Below, piece after piece: positions 1 to 11,303 of a stretch of DNA of 64,000 bases (within the stretch, counting starts at the first letter, position 1; every line of letters begins with the position of its first letter). Under the pieces are notes generated by a model. It saw only the letters and a program-made list of their open reading frames with translations, had not been told where the DNA came from and ran no database searches. Source of the stretch: Macrostomum hystrix. Taxonomy: Eukaryota; Animalia; Platyhelminthes. The stretch is from contig CATNEN010000001.1 of NCBI GenBank assembly GCA_950097015.1, forward strand, positions 558,001 through 622,000. The letters are read 5' to 3'. A program made the translations under genes and the position numbers.

Positions 1-1056
1 TGAAATTGACAGGCAAATAAAGCTTTGTTAGCTAAATCGGAGAGAAAAAATACCACACTAATAAAAATGACTTCAAAACCCAAAAAAAGTGCGGAATGAA
101 TTGAAATCGGGAACCACAGTAAATCGCTAGAGAAAAAACTGGCCTTTGTAGAAAACAAATGGATTGGACATTGGTTGTGGTTTTCTAATAAATCAAAGCG
201 AATAAAGACCAGTGCAGTAGGTGGAATGTAAATTATATTAATTACTACGCAAGATTATGTGCTAGAAAAAACACAATCATCAACAAGCATCGGAATGAAC
301 AAGAATAAAAAGTTCAATAATATATGTAGCGTAGCCTATAACATAAATATGATGTTATAAATACAATACATATGAATTTGAAATCAAGAGAAATCGTAGG
401 CTACTATTTATAATAAATGAAATTGATCATTTAAAAAACGGGTAGAGGGGCGGGTTAGGCACAGCCAGAAAAGACTGGTTCCAGAACACAAACCGATATT
501 GATTGGCAACAGTCGATTTAACATTAAAATACTTGCTATAACTAGTGATTGGAAAGCAGTCGCTAATTACACTGACAGCAAATCAGAAGCAAAGTATAAA
601 ACATTTTCTTTCCATGGTAGTGAACAAGCACATATTAACTTCGATGTTCAACTAAACCTATTAGTGTAAATTGAAATTGGATCGTACTCATAGGAAAACT
701 AATGATAATGAAAATGATTTGTACTAAAATAATAATATTGTTGTGCTAATTATATGAAGTGTTCTATTTTAAGACTATATGATGTATACAAATGTTGATT
801 AAACTGGCACTATGCGATCCAATTTCGTTATCTTCTTAATTAGCGCAATTGTTGAATCTTGACGCATAGAATCGGTTGTAGTTTTGACATCTTAGCCAGG
901 TTAGCCAGTGATAGAGGCACTCATCAAAGATGATTTTGAAATCGAGACAAGAGTAAGAGGTTAGAAGAAAGATAGTGACAGAGGCAGAACAAGAATGAAT
1001 GTGGATAAACTCGTGATAAAAGAAGATTGATGACGGCGTCGCCAAGACTTCAAGGA

Positions 1057-4000
1057 TCACTCAGACGTAGGCGCTGCCGCTGGCTGATCCTGCGGCGGCG
1101 GCGGATCGGGGCCGTCCCAGACTTTGACACCGCCGCGCCAGACCCATTTGCCTTGCCGCTTCTTACTATCTGGCACGTGGATGCGAGCCCGCCCGGTCTT
1201 CACTGTCATGCCGCTGGCGGTTTCATCGATAGACAGTATAGGCGCCTGCGGCTGAGGCGGCGGCGGCGGCAACGGTATCAGGTTGGGAATCAGATTGATT
1301 GGCAAGGTGGCCTGCGGACGCAGAGTTCGCCTGAGTGCGACCTCGCCAGCGTCGCCCTGGTCATCGAGAACCACTGGAATTGGCGCATCTGGTGGCAGAT
1401 TTAGCGACTGGAATGGCAACGACTGAGAGGCTAGCGGCTGCTGCTGTAGCTGCTGCTCGTACATCTGCTGCTGAGCGATAGCCACACTCCAATGGGCGTT
1501 GTTAACAAAGATCGGGCGCAGGGTTCTTCGCTGATAGAATAGGATGTAAGCGTCAGAGGAACTGACTGCGGTCATATCAGAGAGTTCCTCTACTTGGCCG
1601 TCATTAAAACGCCACCACTGATGATCAGCCGGGCTAAGAGCGTAGGCAGTGTAATGTCCAGACTGCAGGCTTCCACTGTGATTGACAACGCCAATTAGAT
1701 CGTAGGTAAAGTCGGCCGGAGTGGCTGACTGCGGCGGTCGGCCAGTGGCAGACAGCGAATAAGGATTCAGTCGGCCAAGATTCTCTTCGTCTAAAAATTC
1801 AGACATGTCTAGCGATTCGATTGGAAACTGAACAAAAGCGGCCACCTTAGATTTGCGTTGGCCAGTCTGTTGGAAACGCTTCAACTGGATGACCATTAGA
1901 TCTGGGCAGGTCCACATACGAGTGATCTGTTCAGCTTGCTGCACTCGGCGGCAATTAGGACACATCCAGGAGGTTGTATAGCCGGACATGTACTGGGCTA
2001 GACAGTCCTGAAGGCTGACTGGCCGGTCCTGCTGTTGAGCGGCAGCCATGCGCAGGCTGGCATCGGCTTCGACCTCGTCAACATAGGCGGCGGCGTAGCG
2101 CTGCCGCTCGGCGACGCCCCAGACCACGGTGAGTTTCAGATGACGCGGTCCACCATCGGCAAGGTTAAAGTTAAGAGCCCGATCAACAGCCGGGCCAACT
2201 AGAGGCGGCGAGCGTTGATTTTGCTGAAGCACAGACGACTGCGGCGGACCATCAACTAGGCGCAGTTCAACATAAACGTCACGTTTGTTGGCGATGCGAG
2301 CTAAATCACCGGCCGCTTCCAGTTCGCCAAGTAGGGCCTCTTTAAGCTCGGCGTGTGAGCAATGCACTTGAAGCTGTGTGTGCAATGGTCCTGTAAAGCG
2401 GCGCAATTCGCCGCTTCGAGTGCGCTCGCAGTGCACAGATACAATGCGAATGTAGCTGAGATCTTCCTCCTGAGGACGTTGACCGGCGCCGATGCCATCG
2501 GGACGATAGACTGGCTCGGAGTCGCTGGAGTCGGAATCGTCTCCATCGTCCATGACCGGATGTGGCAGCTGGATGGCATATAGGCCGCACGACTCTCCTA
2601 GTTCGCAAAGCAATGCAGTCGATTCATTATCTCGGAAGGTGCGTCGAAAACCGTCAGGTCCGAGTTCGCACAGCAATAGACGACGCGGATCGTCTAGCTG
2701 CCAACGAGTGATCAGGCTGCGCCGGAGTTCACGAACGGAGCCGTCGGCAGCAACCTCAAGGCCAAAGCGAGTCTGTCGACCACGCTCATCAGCTAGGACG
2801 ATAGTCAGGGCCCGAGTGGTGCCCACAGGTATGGGCAGCGACAGGCACGTAACAGGCTCAGTGTTGCTGGTAGTGAAACTGCAGCCAGGACACTGCAAGC
2901 GGCTACGCTGATAGCCGTAGAATAGCTGATAAACTACGGAGCGATTACGCTGAGCATGATCCTCAGTGAAGGCTGCACTATCAGCGCACATTGTTGGCGG
3001 CAGCGGAGGCTTCTGTTTAGCCTTCGGCTGACGCTTGTAGCCATTGAGTTCGTCATGCAGATTGTCGAGTAGGAGCATCATGAACTCGTGCGCGTCCTGC
3101 TGCTCGCGCAGTGCCAGATCAGGGCGAGTCTGGGCTATTATCTGGCGAAAGCTATCGGATAGATATGGCTGATAAGTGCCGAACCACAGCGATTTTAGCA
3201 ACTGGGCGAATGCATCGGTGAGTTCAGTTCTAAACTCGTGCGGTATTGGACGGCCTTTCTTGTCAACTGTTCCAGCGAACAGATCTTGAAGGTAGAGCTC
3301 CGAAGCAAAGTAGTGAGCCAGTGGGTCGACATGGCTAATGCACTGCATAATGGCATTAATGTAGCAACTATTGCCGTGATTCACAATGCCGACAAGGCCA
3401 GGACCAAAGTTGTCAACAGGAGCGCCGCTGGCTGTAGGCTGACTGGCATTAGTTGTGCCGTGAAATGACTGCGAAGTCTGTGGTTTAGTCGCAGCAGCAG
3501 CGGCAGCAGTGGCAGACGGGGCAGGAATAACAGAGGCTGTAACAGCTGGGCCTCCTGTAGTGGAGCCGCGTGCCGGCTGCGTGCGTGGCAGAGATGAATA
3601 ACGTGGCTGAGCCTGCGCTTGAGGAGGCTGCGGCTTAACTGGCGGCTGCACCTGCGGTGGCGGCGGCGGCGTCTGAGGCGACGCGTGAGAGCGCGGCTTA
3701 GGCAGCGGCGGCTGAGCGGACGGTGGAGCCTGAGGCGGCGGTTGTTGCACCGGCATCGGCGGTGAGGGCAGCGGCGGCGACGGATCAGAATTCTTATCTT
3801 TTTCTCGCTTCTTCTCGCGATCCTTATCTTTGTCTTTGCGATCTTTTTTCTTTTTCTCCTTCGGTTTAGGCGCAGTCGGTGGCGGCTGCGGACGAGAATT
3901 TTCGCCGTCCAAATCAGGCGAGGCTCGATTAGCAGCAGTCTCTGGTGCCGGCTGTCGAATCATGGTGTTGGGATTTCGTCGACTAGAACTGGCATCCCTA

Positions 4001-4065
4001 CCGGCTGTTGGAACACCGGGCCGCACAGCGACGTGCGCCGATTGGTCTTGCATTCGATCCGTCAT
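1057..4065 (-). CDS. USP31: Ubiquitin-specific protease, USP31/USP43-like, single coding exon (1002 aa)
   Basis: Cys box GIVNHGNSCYINAIMQC, QQDAHEF motif and His box NHSGSLQSGHYTAY...WWRFND. The segments RSRLQCPGC...CLSLPIP, the RFGLEV Ubl-like insert and GGPRHLKLTVVW resemble USP31/43. Pro/Lys-rich disordered N-terminus. Confidence 0.85.
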   Translation of the reverse strand: MTDRMQDQSAHVAVRPGVPTAGRDASSSRRNPNTMIRQPAPETAANRASPDLDGENSRPQPPPTAPKPKEKKKKDRKDKDKDREKKREKDKNSDPSPPLPSPPMPVQQPPPQAPPSAQPPLPKPRSHASPQTPPPPPQVQPPVKPQPPQAQAQPRYSSLPRTQPARGSTTGGPAVTASVIPAPSATAAAAAATKPQTSQSFHGTTNASQPTASGAPVDNFGPGLVGIVNHGNSCYINAIMQCISHVDPLAHYFASELYLQDLFAGTVDKKGRPIPHEFRTELTDAFAQLLKSLWFGTYQPYLSDSFRQIIAQTRPDLALREQQDAHEFMMLLLDNLHDELNGYKRQPKAKQKPPLPPTMCADSAAFTEDHAQRNRSVVYQLFYGYQRSRLQCPGCSFTTSNTEPVTCLSLPIPVGTTRALTIVLADERGRQTRFGLEVAADGSVRELRRSLITRWQLDDPRRLLLCELGPDGFRRTFRDNESTALLCELGESCGLYAIQLPHPVMDDGDDSDSSDSEPVYRPDGIGAGQRPQEEDLSYIRIVSVHCERTRSGELRRFTGPLHTQLQVHCSHAELKEALLGELEAAGDLARIANKRDVYVELRLVDGPPQSSVLQQNQRSPPLVGPAVDRALNFNLADGGPRHLKLTVVWGVAERQRYAAAYVDEVEADASLRMAAAQQQDRPVSLQDCLAQYMSGYTTSWMCPNCRRVQQAEQITRMWTCPDLMVIQLKRFQQTGQRKSKVAAFVQFPIESLDMSEFLDEENLGRLNPYSLSATGRPPQSATPADFTYDLIGVVNHSGSLQSGHYTAYALSPADHQWWRFNDGQVEELSDMTAVSSSDAYILFYQRRTLRPIFVNNAHWSVAIAQQQMYEQQLQQQPLASQSLPFQSLNLPPDAPIPVVLDDQGDAGEVALRRTLRPQATLPINLIPNLIPLPPPPPQPQAPILSIDETASGMTVKTGRARIHVPDSKKRQGKWVWRGGVKVWDGPDPPPPQDQPAAAPTSE

Positions 4066-4352
4066 TGGCTTGTTGCTTTAGCAATTGACGAGGAGAGCAA
4101 GAGAACAAGACGGCAGAAGGACAGGAAAAGAGATAAGAGAAAAAGACAAGATTGTTGGTGAATGACAATCAATGAAAGAAAGCAGAGGTCAAACTGGATT
4201 TACAAGAAAAAATCTATTAGCCTCTACTAGTTAGTGCAGTGAGAAGTGTAGAAGATAGATCACAGGAGTCTAAAAACAAGCACAGCAAGTATACAGAATC
4301 AGACAAAAATTGTTACAAGAGAGCAGTGTAGAGTTCAGCAGTAGCAAATTAC

Positions 4353-6368
4353 CAGTTTGGCACTGTCTAAACTGTCGCCTTTGCAGCACTGCTGGCAAGC
4401 TTGATTCAACTGGGACAGGCCGAACTGCTTCAATTGTGAGCAGGATGAGCACTCTAGGGCACTAGTGAAGCCAGACTGGTTGCATTGGTCAGGGCTCAGG
4501 ATCTGGCACTGAAGCACTGCCTGTTAGAAATGAGAATTATACAAATTTATATTTTAGCCTGCAAAAAAATAATATTTGCTTTATGGAAAGATTTTATCAA
4601 TGTTTCACCAAAACATATTTTAGATAAGATCACTTTTTGGGAAAATAGCAGTCTACTGTAAAGCTTGTACTGTTATAACTATTGTCTAAGGCAAAATATT
4701 AAAATTAAAAAGTATATAATTGAATTTACTAAAGACTTTACTTTAAGACCTTACAATGATTGATCAGAGCCTAAAAGAATCCCTAATGATTTAGATATTT
4801 GAAAAACAATTATTTTATTTTCTTAAGTTAAAGGGAATTGTTGACTATAGCTATTAGAATTGTAGCTTCTTTGTAATGATGAGGAGGCTTAATATGTAAT
4901 TATAAAAAGCTACTTAAAGAGCTTCAAGCAATTAATTAATACTTTGTTGTAAAAAATTACAATCTTCAATGCAACAATATAAAATTCTTAAAAAAATTCA
5001 CTTTAAGCATGGTATGAATAAGGAACTTGAAGTATGACAACAAAAAGAAAAGAAAATTTGTATATGACTTGAATTTTTTAAATATATTTATGCACTTTTA
5101 GGTTTTGCAAACTAAAAAGTTTTTTTTATAATCCCATTTTTAATAACTACAAAACCCAGTACTTTTTTCAAACCCTAGGTAGACTTAGGTACCACTTAGG
5201 TTGTCTAGTTTTGAAGAACTAGACAACTGAACTGAACTACTGAACTAGAGAACTGAAGATTTTTTATATATTAGAAGAAATAAAAATGACTAGTTTGGGC
5301 ATAGACTATACAAATAATTCTTTGCTAATGTTTTTAAAGTTATTGTCACATAAGAAATTTTGGATCTTAAAAGTCACACAATTAAGACATGCACCATATA
5401 GCCTATTTTAGGATATTACAAGCTATAGCAATATGCCAAAAGCTTTAATTCTATTTTTAATACTTAAAGGACTTAAAGGAATTTTCACATTAGTGACATT
5501 TTACTGCAAGGTAAAAACCACTAACTTTACCGCATAGTAATGTCAACATTACCCTGCAATGAAGTTAGCAGTTTTTACAGCACTGATTATAACATGTTAA
5601 AATACCATACTGTTTAACAAACCTTATTATGTGGTGGACTATATGGAATTTACCGCACTGTTAATTGGCTTTGCCAATCAAGAAGCTATTTTTAGTCCAC
5701 TGCATAGTCTAAGCCTAAAATGAAGTTATTTAAACAGTGCAGTAAATTCCACATAGTCCATTGCATTCTGCATAGTCCGAGCCTGAAAGAGGTTTTTTAA
5801 ACAGTGTGGTAAATTCCACATAGTCCACTGCATAGTCCGAGCCTGAAAGAGGTTTTTTAAACAGTGCGGTAAATTCTGTAGGCCTATAGTCCACCGCATA
5901 ATAAGGTTTGTTAATTATTGCAGTTTTTTAACATGTTATAAACAGTGCAGTAAAAACTGCTAAATTTACTGCAGGGTAATGTTGACATTAGTATGCAACT
6001 ATGCGGTAAAGTTAGCGGTTTTTACCGCACGGTAAAATGTCACTAATGTGGAATTTTCAGGCACTTTGAAGTGCACAGTAGAAGAACACACTAGATACTA
6101 GTGTTCAGGCAGCAATATAGATATCGCAAAGTGATCTTATTTATCTTAATACAACTTTGCTCTTAGGATATTTGTTTGAATATCTTACAAAAAAACAATA
6201 AAATATCAAATAAATTTTATTACTTAATATGCTTTACTTAAAAGCTTTGAAGTAAGTTATTATATGTGTTAACACAAGTGATTTGTAATCCACTTGTAAA
6301 AATTATGGAAATATATACATGACTCTTACCGCTTGCAAAACGATTAGAAACGCAGAGATCACCTGCAT
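4353..6368 (-). CDS. SELENOF: Selenoprotein F (Sep15), coding exons 1-2 only (6368-6330, 4520-4353); Sec-containing exon not found in window
   Basis: The spliced product MQVISAFLIVLQAAVLQCQILSPDQCNQSGFTSALECSSCSQLKQFGLSQLNQACQQCCKGDSLDSAKL is a signal peptide plus the Sep15 Cys-rich domain (C..GF...L.CSSC..L..F.L..L...C..CC). Phase-0 GTAAGA donor, CTAACAG acceptor, then a GTAATT donor at 4352. Confidence 0.85.
5478..6059. mobile_element. Foldback/MITE-like element with ~170-bp imperfect terminal inverted repeats and internal ~60-bp tandem units
   Basis: The left arm (ttcacattagtgacattttactgc...ggtggactat) is the reverse complement of the right arm (atagtccaccgc...gtaaaatgtcactaatgtggaa). The centre holds repeated catagtccgagcctgaaagagg units. 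Lies in SELENOF intron 1. Confidence 0.7.
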
Positions 6369-6460
6369 AGATTAGTAGTCACAGGAAAAATAAGTCGGAA
6401 ACATTATATTTTCAAAACTGCGCGCCTACTCTCGCGTAGAGCCAAAGCAAAAGTAAGAAG
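6369..6460. promoter_or_regulatory. Candidate bidirectional promoter (SELENOF / VPS28)
   Basis: Head-to-head arrangement. A local CpG cluster (tgcgcgcc, ctctcgcgtagag) sits in AT-rich DNA just upstream of the SELENOF ATG, and a possible + strand donor gtaaga occurs at ~6453. Confidence 0.35.
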
Positions 6461-8867
6461 TCAAACAAAAAGTCTTTGCTCTATAAAACATTTTAGCGCT
6501 TTTTTTATTTTTTGCACCGAAAATAGTTCCGAATTAAAAAAAAATGTTGTGTTTTAGGATTTATGTTTTAATGCTATTTATGCTTAAAATTTGTAGGCAG
6601 CAAGTTTTACAGGAAACTCAGAAAAATTCCTTTACTTCTAGTCAAAAGCCTGATCCCTATGAGATTAAATATTTAAACGAAATAAGAAAAATTGCCGTGG
6701 GGCTCTCTGTCTGTAATTTCCTATCGTTAATCTATGTCACTTAGTTGTTTTAGGTTCTTCTTTCTCTAATAATCACACCGATTTTTTGTCAAGTTGTTAA
6801 ACAAAATTTGAATAGAATTTCGTAAAATCACTATTCAAACTTTAATGTTGTTAGGCCTAATAATGTTTCTGTGAGTTCGGTTCAATTCGTTTCTTAGTAT
6901 TGAGGACACAGAAATATCTATCAATTGTCTCTGACGCTAATATATCCTAATTTAGCTATGGTGGCTTTATGGTAGCAATTTTTTTAATGAGTCGTCCATT
7001 TTAATTATGGCTACATGTGGGAACTTCCAGTCAGATTATACATCCCAGTGATTCAAAAGGTTATGGCTCTCTTAGTATTATTTATATCAACATAAAAATT
7101 CTGAGAATTTCTTTGATATATATTTCATTTGTTGGTAATTCTCTACTACTCAAATTAATGATTTACTTAGTTTTAGCTTGTTTTTAATGTCTCTCTGTAT
7201 AATTAAATCATTTTTTCTGTACAGTAAATGAATGCAACAATCAAATAAACACACTGCAACACTAATGCAAAATTAATGCAATGCAGCATAAGTCTCTTTT
7301 ATGTAAAATTTTGTTCTGATTAGGCCAATTCATTGTTGCTTTAATCTTCTTTTTTGTTATTGAAAGCTCAAATAACTGTCTCTTCCTCAATACTTAGGCA
7401 TTATTTTGTTTTATAATCCCATTATATTTGTCGTATTGAACCTCCTAGGCCTTTCATTATAAGATTTCCTATGGACAATGTCAATGGGGTGCTACTCCTA
7501 TGCTGCCAAGCTACATTGCTAAATTGTGTGCCAAGCCAACTAAAATTGAAAAAAATGCGCTGTTATGTGACACATGTCATAACATGTATCGTTTTATCAT
7601 ATTGGGGACATGTTTTCTTAATTTTATGCCAAATTATACCAATACAAAAAATATGTTCAAAACATAAATTGCTTAGTGAAAAAATTGTCCAGGCTCAAAA
7701 AGACATTTAAATAGTCAATTGTTATAGTGTTTCTTCTAAATTTACACTCTTCTTATAAATTAAATTCTCGTCTTAGTAATACATAACATAAATGGTTGGC
7801 CTAACTTCCTTACTTATTGTTTCTAGTCACCCAAAGTGACTTAGACAATTATTCTGCACCCCTATGGGTGGACTGATACTAACTACTGATAGTTTGGGTA
7901 GCGTGGCTCTTCACAGGATAACTCTGGCCTTCTGCCAGTAATATTCTAGATCTTAGACCTAGGCAATTCTTGAGACACTGCTCTCAGGTGATTCAGACAC
8001 TATGTCAGATTATTCAGGCTCTTTGGCCAGTCTGAAAAATAAGGTGGCTGCTATGCTCTATATAAGTGACTAAACACAATTTTAACAGTAAGTCAGTATC
8101 AAAAAAACAAAAACATGAACAATAAAAAACTAAATATATGTAAGCATATTTTTTAAACAATCTAATGTAATGTAAAGTTCATACGTTTTTGTTAATGTAC
8201 AACAAAATTGTACAGTTGCAACCAAAATTTTGTTAATTATGATTAGGGCCTATGATTAATTATGATTTTAAGGTTATAAAAGTTTATTTCATATTATAAA
8301 ATAAGTTACCTTTATAGATATAAATTGACTATGGTAAATTTTAAAGACATCAATATCATAAAGGTACCATAATTGATATTAATATGGTACCTTAATTATG
8401 ATCAGTACAACTGGTCATTTTGGCCATATTCATTTTTTGGCAACTACCATTTTAGACCAAAACCAATTCAGCCTTAAACAGTGTTTTAACCCACTTGTAA
8501 AACATGCAAGATATTATAAATTTAATAGTTTACTTTTAATTTGTTATTTTGACTAATTGGCTATGTATTGTATTGGGAATGGTTGGGATACATTGCTTGG
8601 GAAAGTTTTCACCATGAATTTGTATTTTTATCTTCAAGAATAAAACCAGCCTATAAATACTATGCTATTTATAGATTGTTAGGCTTTCTATATTTGATTA
8701 TAGCCTTCAGCAGTTGCTGAATGTTAATGAAACAAATACTAGCCATTATACTAGCCATCTAACCAGATAAAAGCATCCTCTTAATTAATTACAATAGGTA
8801 TACTTTTTGTTATTAGTACTTATTGTGCAAATTTAGCTGCATGTACTCAATGAATTTCAGTTTCAAG

Positions 8868-10315
8868 ATGAATCGACAAGAGCTGTATGAAGAGGTCAAA
8901 CTTTATCGCACTACAAGAGAGCGAGAGAAGTAAGTGCAATTTTTCATTTTTAATCCAATTTTCCACCCTTTCTGTAGCTATATACACTATCAGTAGGTTA
9001 GTCAGTATGGCAACAATTTAATTCTTATTAACAAATCTTAACTCAATTAACAGCTTATGTCCTTAAAAAATAAAATACACAGTTCCCTGATCCTTCACTC
9101 AGCTATGAAATGGGTGACAACATCTGCCATGTTTATTGGATCTATTGGAAATTATGGTAGGTGTGGCAACCTCCATAGTCCATGAACTGAACAACAAACT
9201 GTAAATGTGGCCCAATAATAAAAATTGTAATTGCAGTAGGGTTGTTGGCGTGTAATGGCAAATTACATGCTATGGCAAATAATTTAGTGACACTAGACCC
9301 GCAGCCAGCGAGTCATTTCGCTGACTTCAGAACACTCATACTATACGCAGGCACACATTCACGCAGGTGTGTACATATGCCTGACTTTCTCATCGTCAGA
9401 AAGTGTACACTCTCACTGTGTCTTAGAGGTTGGCCCTCAAGGGCATAATTTGTACTAGCCCCCATGCCTTCGCTCCGCGACTGCGCCCTCAATGAATTTG
9501 GTTGAATCATGTTCAGGGACCTGAGCGCGTTAACTGCTCTGCCACCGACCCCCAACATTTGACCCAACTGGATTAGGTTAGTTGTGAGTTTTAATTTATT
9601 CGAAATTATTTGATTTTTCAGGTTTAATGCAAATTTTCCGGATTTTTTGTCACCAAATATTTTAGTTTTCGGATTTGACGCAAATTTTCCGGATTTACGT
9701 GATTTTTTCCGCCAGTATTTTTTTTAAAAAGCCGATTTGAATTTTTACAGGTATGACAACCTAGCCGAACTGTACGCCGTACTAAATACTCTACAGAACT
9801 TGGAAAAGATGTACATCAAAGATTGCGTACCGGCTAAGGAGTACACGGCAGCATGCTCCAAGCTGCTAGTGCAATATAAGGCCGCCTTTCGTCAGGTTCA
9901 ATGCGACGAATATCCAGATTTGGAAACATTTGTTGCCCGCTTTCGCATGAACTGCCCAGCTGCTATCAGTAGGATTAAAGAGGATAGGCCAATCACTATC
10001 AAGGACGACAAGGGTAACACTAGCCGGTGCATTGCAGACATTGTGGCATTGTACATCACTATCATGGACAATCTGAGGCTTAACCTGCTGTCAAAGGATC
10101 AATTAGATCCGAGCCTTCGCGATCTATTAGAGACAATGAACCGCATGTCTATGCTGCCTAGCGATTTCGAAGGCAAAGCCAAGGTTAAAGAATGGCTGGA
10201 TATTCTAGGCGGTCTGGGTGCTTCTGACGAACTAGACGAGAATCAGGCCAGACAAATGGTGTTCGATATGGAAAGCGGCTACAGCGCTTTCAATAGACTC
10301 CTGCATGGCTCGTGA
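8868..10315 (+). CDS. VPS28: Vacuolar protein sorting 28 (ESCRT-I); exons 8868-8929 and 9751-10315, 208 aa
   Basis: The spliced [34 protein letters not shown]...[14 protein letters not shown]...[14 protein letters not shown]...[14 protein letters not shown] is typical VPS28. The GT-AG phase-2 intron is consistent. Confidence 0.95.
9085..9205 (+). mobile_element. Degenerate fragment of tRNA-SINE family A
   Basis: ttcactcagctatgaaatgggt...ggtgtggcaacctccatagtccatgaactgaaca matches the body of the copies at 23.7, 29.2 and 30.6 kb. Confidence 0.5.
9285..9555 (-). mobile_element. tRNA-derived SINE family B copy
   Basis: Homologous to 51566-51865, 44152-44412 and 58325-58430. The minus-strand head reads ggtggcagagcagttaacgcg...ggtccctg. 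Confidence 0.7.
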
Positions 10316-11303
10316 TCTGCAGTTTGGACTGTTTCGGATGATGAATTTGGATTCATTTGTTTGTATAAAAACTTATATTTGTCTGCGACTATCCCGATCT
10401 TCTTTAACCTGATTATTAAAAGAGTTTTAAAAGTCCAAATAGTTTCTTTGTCATTTTCACTATGAGCAAATAATCTTCACAAATAAATAAAATGAGCAAA
10501 CAAATATCCTTAACGATTTATGGATCCTACACGATCCTAGATCATGTTGGATTTTAGACAAACAAATTGTCGGATAAAAAATAATAAATGTTTTGGAACA
10601 ATTAAATTTAATGTATCCATTGTATTTTTTGCAGAAAATCTTTACCTTCTATGTTTTTTCTTTCATAATGTTCCGTGTTTTATTAATTCTTTATTGATGT
10701 TTAACTTGTCATATTTTTAGTTAACAATTTGTGCTTTAATAAGTAGTAATGTGCGCAAATTGTCGGAAACATTTCAGTTTTTTTTTCAGAAAAAATGTTA
10801 ATTTAAACCTAAATTAAGCTCGTTCATACACGTGTATTACTCAAGCTCATGCATACATACTTGCATGCTATATATTTATATGTATAATCAGAAACCAAAC
10901 ATTTTTGTCAACTCTGCAAATAAATCTATTTTAACCGTTACGAAAATGTACTATAGTCCCTGAAAAAATAATATAACCTTAATTTTGAATAACTGTATAT
11001 TTTATCGTTGTGTACTTGTACTTTTATTTTGTGTTTAACTAATGCAGACCGTAGTGGAAAATAAATATAAATAAAAAATTCTATAACAGATGGTCTCATA
11101 AACAGTGTTTTCCTTTTTTATTTTTACTTGTGTGTGTAGGATTTACAATTGTATTCAACACTTTATGGTTACTTCATAGCTATATATATTTTTTTAATTG
11201 TCATTTCAGGGGACGGAAAATAACAAGCTGAGAGTGAAATGCCGATGTTGAGTTAACAGAGAAATTGACATTCAAAGAACGGTGAAATTTAAATTTGGTC
11301 AGA

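Noticed and set aside
4320-4352. Read-through CYC-TGA as a CxxU selenocysteine motif
   Set aside because: It begins at a GT donor, lacks the Sep15 ILEVCGU context, and the downstream frame has no Sep15 similarity. It is most likely intron sequence.
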